A stretch of DNA of 24,806 nt from Halocafeteria seosinensis (GCA_001687465.1 LVLI01000256.1:62001-86806); one strand, 5' to 3'. Counted from the first letter of the stretch, positions 9,448 through 20,007 are shown. Translations and numbers: made by a program. Notes: generated from the letters alone by a model not told the origin.

Positions 9448-12400
9448 ATGTCGGCTTTGTCAGGGGTAGATTGGGGGATTGTAGGAGCTTGCACACTCCT
9501 GGTGGTGGTGCTCTTTGTGTTATTGCTCCGGTGGCAATGCTTGTTAGGATGGTGTTGTGACCCGAAGACAAGGCATTTATGGAATCAGCAGAGGAGATTA
9601 GATAAAATCCTTAAGACGACCAATTCGGCCGCCGCAGAATGCGTCGAAAAGGGAGCGAGTTATGCAAACCTATTGACGGAACTGTTTGAACCGGCCCCAC
9701 CGGCAGCGGTCGAAGCGCTCCAAAGTGCGGTTCCTACGCGTGCTGTAGACGAAGGGATGTCGTGGGCTGAGCAGCCCTATCCACCATTGCGTACAGTACC
9801 ACTCGGTGGAGACATCAGCGCCTTACCGCCCTGTAGACGGATACACCCAGAGCATATTCGTCGTGTTTCTCGGTATGCCATTGATACGGATGATGGCAGA
9901 TTATTTGTGGTGGTGAAGCGACGAACTGTGGCTCTCACTCTGAAACGTGAGGGGTTAGTCACTACTACAGGTGAAGTGGTCGACTCGTCGGAAGCGCAAG
10001 GTATCAACAGACTCGTGAGTCTTCTGCAAGATGAAAGTAGTGGGAGCATGTCAGATGTTAAGCATGACGAGGGTGTTAGAAACTCACGCAGCTCTAGCAC
10101 AGGAACGCACGGGGAAGATTTGGAGGTATTGAGTCTTCGCAGTAAAGGATATAAAACCAGAATGCGTTTATGGAAAGCGGTGCTTTCTGTAGGTTCTCAT
10201 GGCCGGCGTAAAACGTCCACTTCGTCGCGGGCCTCTGAAAAGAGTGGTTACCAAAATGCTGTTTGGGATAAGTTCCCGGCGCTGCAAGCCGATATTGAGA
10301 GGTGTGGGGCTTACAGCTCCGGCGAGAAAAAGGACGCGTTATCGGATTTGTTGAGTCTATTTTTGTGGGAAAATCCTCAGTACACATATTGGCAGAATTT
10401 AGCTACTATCGCTGCCGTAGTGTTACAAGTATGCAATGATGAAGTTGAAGATGCAATAGACATCTTGCAGGCCATTGCAGCTTCGCATCTTCGAGGCCAT
10501 TTATTTTCCGGAGGACTGCATTACATCGCTGAAGCACGCTTAATGCAAGCTGTCAATCACACATTGGCATTTTGGGACCCTTTACTTGCCACACATTTGG
10601 GCCGTCTCGGACTGGAAACGAGCCTGTATGCCAATCGATGGATGACGTTATTGTGGACTGACGTGCTTCCACCGTCTCAATGCATGATTCTATGGGACTT
10701 ATTATTCTCAACAGATGCGCGGCTATCATGTTTCGTCGCTGTAGCGCTTTTGATGCATTACCGTCAAGCATTATTTCAATGCGGCCCCAATGAAGGCTTA
10801 GTGGTTGTGTCGAAGCTACGGGTGGATGGGATTGAGTCAAATTGGAGTAGTATCGTCCGGCATGCCTTATGGCTTTGGGCCAATTCGCCATCAACCTTGG
10901 GAGAAACCGAGTGTGGTCCTTTGGACGAAGTGCATCTTTTACCTTCTTGGACCCCACAACGTTATGTTAGCCTTTCTCGGAGTGCTATGGACTATTCGCT
11001 TATTTTGGGGATGCTTCGCGAAAATTCGCGGCTCCTTGAGCCTGCAACAGAGCCGTTACATGATCAAGATGGGTCTATGAATGGATCGCAGATTCATGTA
11101 AACAATGCTTCAGGTGGACTAAGAAGTCTACCAACAAAAAAGGGCAATCTGATTCGCAGTTGGGCGCATCGTCCATTAGCAGCGTATCAAGGAGCGAGAG
11201 ACGTAGAGGCTGCGGCTAGTGTCCCTGCTAATCGAACGCTCTCGCCTATATTCCACGGAAGCTCTCCGACTCGTACTGGCATCGAGCTCCCCTCCCATTC
11301 CCTAAACGACTCCTACTCTTGGTTCTCCCCAACGTCTCACACGGAGAAGAAGCGTAAAAAACTTCAAAATTATGTGGAGGCTACAGCAAGAAGCTTTGAC
11401 TTACATCACACCCATACCGTGCGGTTAGGGTTGACTCTCCCGGCTCTTGTGTATTCGTGCACAAGTTTTGGGGCACGATTACTGAAAGATGCTGAACGTC
11501 GTTTGCAAGTGAGTGATCCTCTCAGTCTGCTGGAGACGCTCCCTGTTGTTACAATGGACGGTAGCACTCCGCGTGCTTCTTTACGGGACAGTAGCCAGCT
11601 GATTCTCGACATTTACTCCTCTTCAGTTACGGATTCTGCAAATGTTTTATTAAGAGGTTCTGACGATCACCATTATAATGTCTTCCTGGATACCTCAATA
11701 GCATCGCTGGTGATGAACACATCGCCGGCCCAACAATTGAAGAAACCATTGCACTATACCGCGGTGACATCGTTAGCCAACGCATTGACTGTGTACGATC
11801 TGCGCATCAAGAGCATCGTCCCTGTCATAGAATGGCAGTGGATAGTGGCCTCTTTCGGTGGCAACTTAGATTACGTTACAATAGTAAAGCCTCGTACTCT
11901 GAACTCTTCCAGAGGAGCCAATGAGCATCAGCACGTTACAGTGGAGACATTGTTGCTTCCTCAAGATGTCGTGCAACAAGCTGAAGAGCAAGTACAGATG
12001 GATATTTCCGAGCGAACTGGTATGCGGATGGGCTCATCTACAAAACAGAGCGAGAAGCGGAATTTCAAATGGGCCTCTTGTCATGCGCAGCACCTTTCAG
12101 ACATGGAAGTGGAGTTGCAGGAATCTTATGTTAACGACCCCACAAATTCACCGACAACCGCCCTTGCTCCTAAGCTCGATACCATGACCAATACATTGTG
12201 TGCGTCTGTAACTATTGATAATGAATACAGATATATGCTAGAACTTGCCCAAGAGGAGGGGACACAGAGCAAGCTAGCTAGTGATGCAAACCAATCCTTG
12301 GAAGTAAGTGGGGGAAACATCGAAGCAACCCCAGAACTGATCATAACAGACGACATTGAGGAAAACCTACTTGAGTCGGGAAGCAAGACTACTGTAGATG

Positions 12401-12654
12401 ATATGTCAGCCGTAGAGGTTTCGGCCAATACGGGTTACTACAATCCGTGGTCGATAGAAGAGCTTTGGATCAGAGAGACACATCCCAATTTATGGAAACG
12501 AAAAGACACACTGTGCCTCCTGCTTTCTGGCGATTTATCCTTAATTAAGAGCGGTCGGGATATGCTTGTTCGTGCGGGGTTCAGCTCAGTTGCTGCCTTG
12601 TCATTCAGTGAAATGGTCAAGGTGTCGCCGGCATCCACTTCCGTTCCAGGTTAG
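9448..12654 (+). CDS. Rab-GAP TBC-domain protein (TBCK-type TBC domain) with N-terminal transmembrane anchor and possible degenerate rhodanese-like C-terminus; intronless, 1068 aa
   Basis: QADIERC (IxxDxxR arginine finger), YTYWQNL (YxQ glutamine finger), LAFWDPLLATHL, LYANRWMTLLWTDVLP...LWDLL, VAVALL...RQAL. N-terminal hydrophobic segment GIVGACTLLVVVLFVLLL. Confidence 0.85.
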   Translation: MSALSGVDWGIVGACTLLVVVLFVLLLRWQCLLGWCCDPKTRHLWNQQRRLDKILKTTNSAAAECVEKGASYANLLTELFEPAPPAAVEALQSAVPTRAVDEGMSWAEQPYPPLRTVPLGGDISALPPCRRIHPEHIRRVSRYAIDTDDGRLFVVVKRRTVALTLKREGLVTTTGEVVDSSEAQGINRLVSLLQDESSGSMSDVKHDEGVRNSRSSSTGTHGEDLEVLSLRSKGYKTRMRLWKAVLSVGSHGRRKTSTSSRASEKSGYQNAVWDKFPALQADIERCGAYSSGEKKDALSDLLSLFLWENPQYTYWQNLATIAAVVLQVCNDEVEDAIDILQAIAASHLRGHLFSGGLHYIAEARLMQAVNHTLAFWDPLLATHLGRLGLETSLYANRWMTLLWTDVLPPSQCMILWDLLFSTDARLSCFVAVALLMHYRQALFQCGPNEGLVVVSKLRVDGIESNWSSIVRHALWLWANSPSTLGETECGPLDEVHLLPSWTPQRYVSLSRSAMDYSLILGMLRENSRLLEPATEPLHDQDGSMNGSQIHVNNASGGLRSLPTKKGNLIRSWAHRPLAAYQGARDVEAAASVPANRTLSPIFHGSSPTRTGIELPSHSLNDSYSWFSPTSHTEKKRKKLQNYVEATARSFDLHHTHTVRLGLTLPALVYSCTSFGARLLKDAERRLQVSDPLSLLETLPVVTMDGSTPRASLRDSSQLILDIYSSSVTDSANVLLRGSDDHHYNVFLDTSIASLVMNTSPAQQLKKPLHYTAVTSLANALTVYDLRIKSIVPVIEWQWIVASFGGNLDYVTIVKPRTLNSSRGANEHQHVTVETLLLPQDVVQQAEEQVQMDISERTGMRMGSSTKQSEKRNFKWASCHAQHLSDMEVELQESYVNDPTNSPTTALAPKLDTMTNTLCASVTIDNEYRYMLELAQEEGTQSKLASDANQSLEVSGGNIEATPELIITDDIEENLLESGSKTTVDDMSAVEVSANTGYYNPWSIEELWIRETHPNLWKRKDTLCLLLSGDLSLIKSGRDMLVRAGFSSVAALSFSEMVKVSPASTSVPG

Positions 12655-13631
12655 TTAGCTACAATTTGATGCAGCTCATCATTTGAGCGCTTTCGTGCTC
12701 TTGACGTATTAGGCGTCATATTGGAAGGCATGGATTCAAGCATCTTTTGCGTTTCTCGCTTCGCGGCATCTGCCAATGACTGTGCTTCACTTCGATTCAT
12801 GCCATTGAACACGTCCGTTCGTCCTGTAGCTGCGAGACGCTGTCCACTGCGTTTCCACAGGTCGTATCGGCATACCTGTGACACGCTGCCAAAGTTCCAA
12901 CTGTAGGCAAGCTGGCCAATCCAGTCGAGGCCGCTTTTCATCTCTCCTGGGTTTTGCTCTTTCAAGGAAACCAATTCTTGTTCCATAAAGCGGCAGATTG
13001 CCGATAAAGTTGTAGACTTGGAAAATTCACCAGGTCCCCAGCATAGATATAGTTTCGACGGTAACAGTGTCGGAATCCCTAGTGTTTTTCGCGCGTCACC
13101 CAAAGCTGAAGAAATGATAGAGTCCAGGACATCTTCTTGCGCTTCTTGGAAATAGTCTTTGGGGACGACATGCCATTTGAGAATCGATTGAGTGTATTTG
13201 TCAGTCACCAGGACTAAGGCCTGACTCCCCGGTGAATCCGCAACTGCATGAGGCACCTCTGAAACCCCCACGATCCAAACTTGATTTGCATACGAGGGGA
13301 TGAAGTTTTCGCCTTCCTCATTGCTGTTAAACTCAAACCGGCTGGTTCGATTACGCTGAGCCGTCCTTTCTTCCTCTGGAGAATGATTGACACCGCTGTC
13401 ACTCACCGCTGAATTCGGTGTCGGGGTAGTAGTCGCTGGTGGATCGCTTTCTGTAGGTGGTAAGCTGGAACCAGTGATTTGGCGATTTAAGCTCGTGTTT
13501 GAGCAGTGGCAGTTATTCATCATACCGTCCATCGTGATCAAATTATACCCGAATTCTTGTTGCTTGCGGCGCGTTGCGTTGATTTCAAGCAGGCACTCCA
13601 CAGCGTGGCTGCAGTCCTCTCCCTTATTCAT
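12651..13631 (-). CDS. Hypothetical protein (at least 326 aa; 5' exons may extend towards ~14170)
   Basis: 981-nt open frame with protein-like composition: a low-complexity S/T/P linker, then a globular region (QVWIVGV...ALVLVTDKYTQSILKWHVV). No family recognised. The start is uncertain. Confidence 0.65.
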   Translation of the reverse strand: MNKGEDCSHAVECLLEINATRRKQQEFGYNLITMDGMMNNCHCSNTSLNRQITGSSLPPTESDPPATTTPTPNSAVSDSGVNHSPEEERTAQRNRTSRFEFNSNEEGENFIPSYANQVWIVGVSEVPHAVADSPGSQALVLVTDKYTQSILKWHVVPKDYFQEAQEDVLDSIISSALGDARKTLGIPTLLPSKLYLCWGPGEFSKSTTLSAICRFMEQELVSLKEQNPGEMKSGLDWIGQLAYSWNFGSVSQVCRYDLWKRSGQRLAATGRTDVFNGMNRSEAQSLADAAKRETQKMLESMPSNMTPNTSRARKRSNDELHQIVAN

Positions 13632-14198
13632 TCATCCACTTGTGTCCACAAGTACATATGTACCCGTTTTTGGTAGCTACAAGGTGCAATTGTAGCTGTA
13701 ATAGACCATATATAAATCCTCAAATATGCAAAGGATTCTTCTTTTTTTGAAAAGAATTTCGCCACTATTCTTGTTTTCTTTCTACTGTATACAAGGTCCG
13801 TCGATTCCCAGATGTCTCTATATTATACCATACAAAATTCTTTCACCTTTCATATACAACGGTATATGTATGGCATCCGCCGAGGGCACAACACATACAA
13901 CCCATTAATATCTAAACCCGCCCATAGGCGGTTAATCAGAACATCAGAGGTAAGCCATGCCGTCTCCCCCTTGAGCTCCCCTTCGCGAAGTTCCTTCACA
14001 AACATCCAATTGGCCTTGAATTGTGAAGGATGGTGACTCCGAGTCAGCAAAACCGCTTGAGGGGAATTGCACGTGGAAAAGCGCACAGCCCTCGGATCTG
14101 CTTAACAAGCCCTGGTATAATGTGCTTATCTCCATGTCTGAAGGCATAGCTCCCGCTCGCAACTACCATCTCACCTAGTACAATTCCACAATTCCGAA

Positions 14199-14250
14199 GT
14201 ACTGTGGCTGTCAGTAGTTGTACAACTGTACTGTAGGTTGAACAACCGTA
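14199..14250. promoter_or_regulatory. Putative (bidirectional) promoter element, GTACTGT / CAGTAGT / ACTGTACTGTA / ACCGTA cluster
   Basis: Shares words with 7241-7277 and lies between divergently transcribed genes. Confidence 0.35.
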
Positions 14251-14860
14251 TTTAAAACACTCCAGGTGAGATGTAGCAAAAACTTAACATATCAAGCAAA
14301 CAGTACGTAGCAAATGAAGCTACTAAAATTGTAGATGGCGGTTCCGCTCGGCGTTCAGGAAGTTCAAGGTGAACGACGGAACACGAACGGTAGACGTTGC
14401 TTTCTCTACCATCCTCTAAGACTTTCACCTTTGTTTCCTCATACTTGGAGCACTCATGTTGGCATTTCGAGTTGCTGCATGTTACCATTGTGCTCTTTGA
14501 GATGGATCTAGGAGTCTCCTCCGAGTCGGTTCTTGAAGTCACCATGGTAATGACTTCGCCCTTATTGCCACAGTTATACCAGCTAGATGAGAAACAAAGG
14601 GTAGCAAAACGAATATGGTACCAACCCTCGCTACGATTCAATACTTTGCTTCTGGAAGTTCTGGTACCGCGCAACTGAAGTAAAAAATGAGAGGAACTTG
14701 TCAAGTTGAAAAGTCAATCCAGCTTCACAAAGTTTGGGATACAGTATTCATTTGACTTCCTTGTCCCTCTTCCTCCCCATGAGTTGCTGAGCAGTGTTTT
14801 TTCTAATCCAACATAGACAGACATTCATCGCAGTCTGGGGACATTTATTGGAACTGTACG

Positions 14861-16968
14861 ATGAGCACGGAGACTTCTCCCTGCAAACGACAGAAAACGG
14901 AGGCTTTTGGGATCCCTAATAACAAGTATTCTACCCATACGATAAAGTCCGTGTACAACCACACGAACAACCATACTCATAGTGCAAATAAGAACGGGAA
15001 GGATACGGATATGGAAGAAGTTCCTTTGAAAGAGCGATTTGAATCCGTGCGCTCCCTCCTCAAGAACCGTACATCGTTCGGAAATGAGACTGGAAGCCTT
15101 CCCATGGCTCCTTTCGAAGCCGGAGAGAAAGTATGTGCTGAGGATAAAGTTATATGATGTGCGGCTTATCTCTATAGACCGAGGGAATGGGAAATTAAAC
15201 CGCAGGGATGGGAAAATGTGCGTCGAGCACGAGTCTTAGTCATTGGAGCTGGAGGGCTAGGATGCGAGGTATGCCTATTTTGACTGGATTTAAAAAAAAA
15301 CTGCAAAAAAACTTGGGTTTCTGTCTGACCTCTGTGATTATTTCTCGGCAGATGCTGAAGGATCTAGCGCTCTCCGGGTTTCACGACATCCATGTGATTG
15401 ATTTGGATTCCATTGACTTGACCAACTTGAACCGACAATTCTTGTTTAGGTATGTAGACCGCGTTAACACAGCTATGAGGACTACGGTGAAGATATACGT
15501 ATTTCTACAGAATGAAGGATGTGGGGAAACCTAAAGCCGAAGTCGCCGCGCGATTTGTGGAGAAAAGGGTCCCTGACGTCTCGGTGAAGGCACATGTCGG
15601 GAAAATTCAGGACAAGGGAACGGAATGGTACCGCCAATTCGACATTATCATATCCGGTCTTGATAATATAGAAGCTAGAAGGTGGATTAACGCCGCACTA
15701 TGTAGCTTTGTTGAAGTATGTTTGAGATGAACCCTGCGTGATTTGTTATTACTTATTGCGAGCACGTTGTTTCCAGACTGATGAAGAAGGAGATATTGCT
15801 GGCCCGGAAGGAATGCACAATCGTATACTAAATCCTCAACGAGAATCAGAAAAGGACGATAACGGGGAGGAAATTGCGCGCAATATGTTTATTCCCCTCA
15901 TTGATGGTGGAACAGAGGGTTTCAAAGGACAGTGCCGGGTGATCTTCCCATGTGCGACGCCCTGTTTCGAATGCACCATAGATATGTTCCCGCCGCAAAC
16001 TACCTACGCTATGTGCACCATTGCCGAGACCCCCAGGAGACCGGAGCATTGCATTGCCTACGCCATGATGGTAGAATGGAATAAATACTTTCCAAGTAAG
16101 GATAATTAATGTGCTGAATCTCAAGCGGTCCGGTCTAACGGGTTAAGAAACATGCCGTTCAGCAAAGAAACTGGATTCGGACTCTCCTGATGATATGAAT
16201 TGGATATATGAGAAGGCTCTGGAGCGGGCGAAATCGTTTGGTATATCAGGCCTCACTTATATGGGGACTTTGGTACGTAATTGTGCCCAGTCGCGACTGT
16301 GATTTGACTCACACGGTTGGTTTTTTTGCGTTTTTCCAGGGTGTCGTAAAGAATATTATACCCGCTGTTGCTAGCACAAATGCTATGATTGCTGCCAGCT
16401 GTGTAAATGAGGCGTTTAAGTTAATAACTCTAGCTTCACAGTCGTTGAATAACTATTTTCTATTTGTTGGAGATGCTCAAAATGGCGTCTTTGGAAACTG
16501 TGAAACACTCGATAGAAAGGAAGCAGGAGCTTGCTTGGCCTGCCGGCAGCCACGCAAAACAGTCCAGGTTTCCAAGGTAAAGACACTGGGAGATATTATC
16601 GAAGAAGACCTTCGGGGAGATTCGCAACTGTAAGTCGAGTCGAAGAAACCTTGATAATTTTCTCTGACACAATCAGTTGACGTTGCTATTGCACTTTCAG
16701 ACAACTCAAAGACCCTTCGATCATGAAGGCGGGTAAGGCCCTATATAGTCCGAGGCCACCAGCTGCCAAAGAACAAACAAAGTGCGTAGTCTCGTTGAAT
16801 TCATTTTTGCTGCTGTATACATAGTAATGGGAAGAGCTTATCGAATGCAGGCCGAATTTAGAGAAACGGATTGGTGAACTCGTAGAAGATGGCGAAGTTT
16901 TCGTTGTGACTGATGCAATATTCCCCGCAGGAGTGAGTCTTACACTCACGTTCCATCTACAAGATTAA
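14861..16968 (+). CDS. UBA3: NEDD8-activating enzyme E1 catalytic subunit; exons 14861-15130, 15206-15268, 15352-15449, 15511-15715, 15777-16095, 16163-16272, 16340-16629, 16701-16781, 16851-16968; 517 aa
   Basis: [73 protein letters not shown], catalytic [30 protein letters not shown] and a C-terminal E2-binding region. All eight introns are GT-AG and preserve the frame. Confidence 0.95.
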
Positions 16969-17265
16969 TTTGTGCTAATTCTCATACTCTGTATTCCAAT
17001 CTAACTGTTCTTTTTCTCGAGTTCTAGATCATGAAAAAATAAACACTCAAGGCGAACCTTTCTTTGTGAAGCTCACTGAGAAGCGGAGATGCGGCAAACT
17101 CTTGCCTCAAGGAGCCATAATTGGTATTTTCAGTGTATTGGTCGACCGATGCACCTCAATAAGTGGTACAGCAGAAGGAGCTGAACACGATCGCCTGCTT
17201 GGGTCCTGTTTGTAGACCGTCATTTACACGTATTCTTGTCGTTTAACCTTACCCCAGGATCAGCA

Positions 17266-19154
17266 ATGAAGCTTTTATGTGCTATATTAACCACGCTACA
17301 GGTGTTTTCACTGACATGTTTTGCGGCGGGTCCTTTGCACTATTTTTCTGATTCGGTTCAGTCAAAGAAACAGGACTGTCAAGGAGGAAACTGTGGAAAT
17401 CCGCTGTTCATCACCCCTTATCTCAAGCAGGGAGAAGCTGCAAAAGCCCGTCAAGAGGCCCAAGTGCATGGAATCAGTTCCTTGGAGAGTTATTCAGGAT
17501 TTTTCACGGTCAACCAGACGTATAATTCCAACATCTTTTTTTGGTATTTCCCGGCTCAATCCGGCAATCCGTCGGCCCCGCTACTCGTATGGCTCCAAGG
17601 AGGACCGGGAGGATCTTCCATGTTTGCAGTTTTCAATGAAGGTACGTTGGACGCTGCATCCGCGCTTTTGAAGAGCAGCAGTACAGATACTTTATCTATT
17701 GTCGCGTTTCTGCAGCTGGACCCTTCCGGTTGGATAAAGACCTTAAGCTGAGCTACAACCCGTACACGTGGAATCAAAACTACTCAATGGTAAGCGAAGA
17801 CGGAGTCTGCCACGAATGATGCGTTTTCCGGTATAGCTATGGTAACGAGTCATTGCAGATTTTCATTGATAATCCGGTTGGAACAGGGTTCAGCTTTACT
17901 GATAGCGACGATGGATATTGCACAAACAAGCAATGCTACGGGAATGGCTTGTACGAAACCATTACACAGTTTTATCAGCTCTTCCCCGACCAGAGCAAGA
18001 ATGACTTGTACATCACCGGAGAGAGTTATGGTGGAAAGTAAGCGATTCGTATTCGCGTCATGTGAAGGTGCCAACCGTAGCCCTTTGAAGCACCTCATTG
18101 TGTTCTCCCCAGATACGTGCCGATGTTTGCTTATACGATCAACAAGTATAACGAAATTTTGAAGACTCAGTACTTCCGCTCTCGCTCTATGATGGAATTA
18201 AAGCAGAAGCACCCATTTGCTCAATCAGTTCCTCTGAAGGGCATTAGCGTCGGAGATGGCTGGTGTGGTAAGCTCCGTTTTCAGGAAGATTACAAAATCT
18301 CGGTTTTGATAGCTCTGTATATCTGCAGATCCTGTCAATATGATCGGAGCCTACGGTGGCCTTATGTACAACTTTGGTCTCGTGGACTCGAACCAGCAAT
18401 CGACAGTAGACAACTATGTATCATCCATGAAAACTGCTATCAAACAAGGAGATTATCGCACGGCATATTTGGCTTGGGATAAAATGCTCAATGGTGACCT
18501 CTATCCTTACCCTACTTTCTGGAAGAATGCCACAGGTGGTACTGATTACTTTAACATACTTCGAGTTTCGTCTCCTGCCCAGTTTGGCTACTTTTCGCAA
18601 TTCTTGACACAACCAGACCAACGGAAGTACGTGTCCTAAATTATCCTCACGATATAGCATTTTTTACATTACATTCTTGACAAGCAGGGCAATTCACGTT
18701 GGCTCAACAACATTTGGTCCGGGCTCCAAGGTGGAAAAGTACCTCATTCCTGATGTAATGGATACCATGAAACCCGAACTTACGGTAGTCATGACCAATT
18801 ACAAGGTGTTGATTTACAATGGGCAACTCGATGTCATTATTGGGGGCCCGCTTACGGAAAGCTTTTTGCCCAAAGTTGAATGGCCTGGAAGGAATGAGTA
18901 CTTGAACGCTACTCGTAACGTCTGGCACTTCAATGGGTCAATTGCAGGATATGTCCGCCAAGTACGAAGCTTTACCCAGGTAAGTTACTGTTTGTCTCCG
19001 TGAGAATGTGGACTCAACGACGTTCGCACGGTTTGGAATCGTTTCATCATCTTTTCAGGCCATCGTCCGTGGAGCTGGCCACATCTTACCGTACGACCAG
19101 CCGGATCGGGCTCTGGAGATGCTTACAAACTTCATCGAAGACAGGCCCTTCTAG
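17266..19154 (+). CDS. CPVL: Serine carboxypeptidase family S10 (CPVL-like), secreted or lysosomal; exons 17266-17641, 17716-17789, 17859-18037, 18113-18267, 18329-18626, 18688-18979, 19059-19154; 489 aa
   Basis: Signal peptide MKLLCAILTTLQVFSLTCFA; PLFITPYL; YSGFFTVNQTYNSNIFFWYFP; WLQGGPGGSS; IDNPVGTGFSF. Catalytic triad in GESYGG (Ser), NGQLDVII (Asp) and GAGHILPYDQP (His). Confidence 0.93.
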
Positions 19155-19161
19155 TGATATC

Positions 19162-19881
19162 TCAAGTATGGATTCCCACATTTTGCTCCAGCAGGTGCTG
19201 CAGAGGAATGAACAACGGGTACGTTTTTAATTCCTCTGGTGTAACCCAACTCCATCCTGTAGTTCGAAACCAATGATGATATGACGATACTGGAGTAATG
19301 CAGTAGATACTTACCTTCACATTTCTCAGGTTCCTTGTTGTCAACTTGCGCCGTGTTTTTCAAGTGGACAAGCATGAATATCGTAATATAATGCAGTGAC
19401 TCTGCTTCCATCCAATCGTTTGTAACTGTTGCGTACAGTGCTTTGACATCTGCCGGAGGCGCATCCAGTGGTCTGCCAGCAATGCTGACACGAGTTGGTG
19501 AGCAGTTCTTCACATCCTCTGTGGATATCCCCGTTTCTTCCTCCAATTCTCGCAGGACGCATGTCGCCCATGTTTCTCCCGCCTCTAAGTGTCCGCCGGG
19601 TAAAGCGTAGGTTCCTTCCCCATGAGATCCTTGTCGTCGACCCACCAATAGTCTTCCCGGTTGAAGATCGCTAATACAGATCGCCGCGCATCCGACTTTG
19701 GGTCTCTGTAACCACAAGCGATGTGCTCAGGGACTGTCATAACAGGGGAGCTTTAGGGCTGTATGCATACTTGAATTAGTGTTTCAATTTCGTCCGTCTT
19801 CACACCAGAGTTGTCCCCTAAACTCTCCTGAATCTTGAGAAGTTCCGCGGTAGCTTTGGTTTTGGGTAACTTCGAAGTCAT
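19162..19881 (-). CDS. NUDT15: Nudix hydrolase, NUDT15/AtNUDT1-like; exons 19881-19771, 19705-19315, 19256-19162; 198 aa
   Basis: RPKVGC...LLVGRRQGSHGEGTYALPGGHLEAGETWATCVLRELEEETGI (Nudix box), HYITIFM and EPEKCEGWSWV. Two GT-AG introns (65 and 58 nt). Confidence 0.88.
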
Positions 19882-20007
19882 TTTGATTGTACGCTACGCT
19901 TGTACTCTTCAAAGACTACCTAACGAAATGTAGTATTCTTGAATTAGTGGTGCTACAGGATCATTCGTCAGCGATGATAGGCAAGTATGTTTAACAATGC
20001 CGCAAGT

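Noticed and set aside
12657..13697. 10-bp inverted repeat AGCTACAATT/AATTGTAGCT flanking the orphan ORF (possible TIRs)
   Set aside because: Short, not extendable, no target-site duplication, and the left copy lies inside the ORF; expected by chance in 25 kb.
14252..14704. 150-aa - strand ORF
   Set aside because: TTG start, no recognisable domain, and splice-like signals point to the opposite strand.
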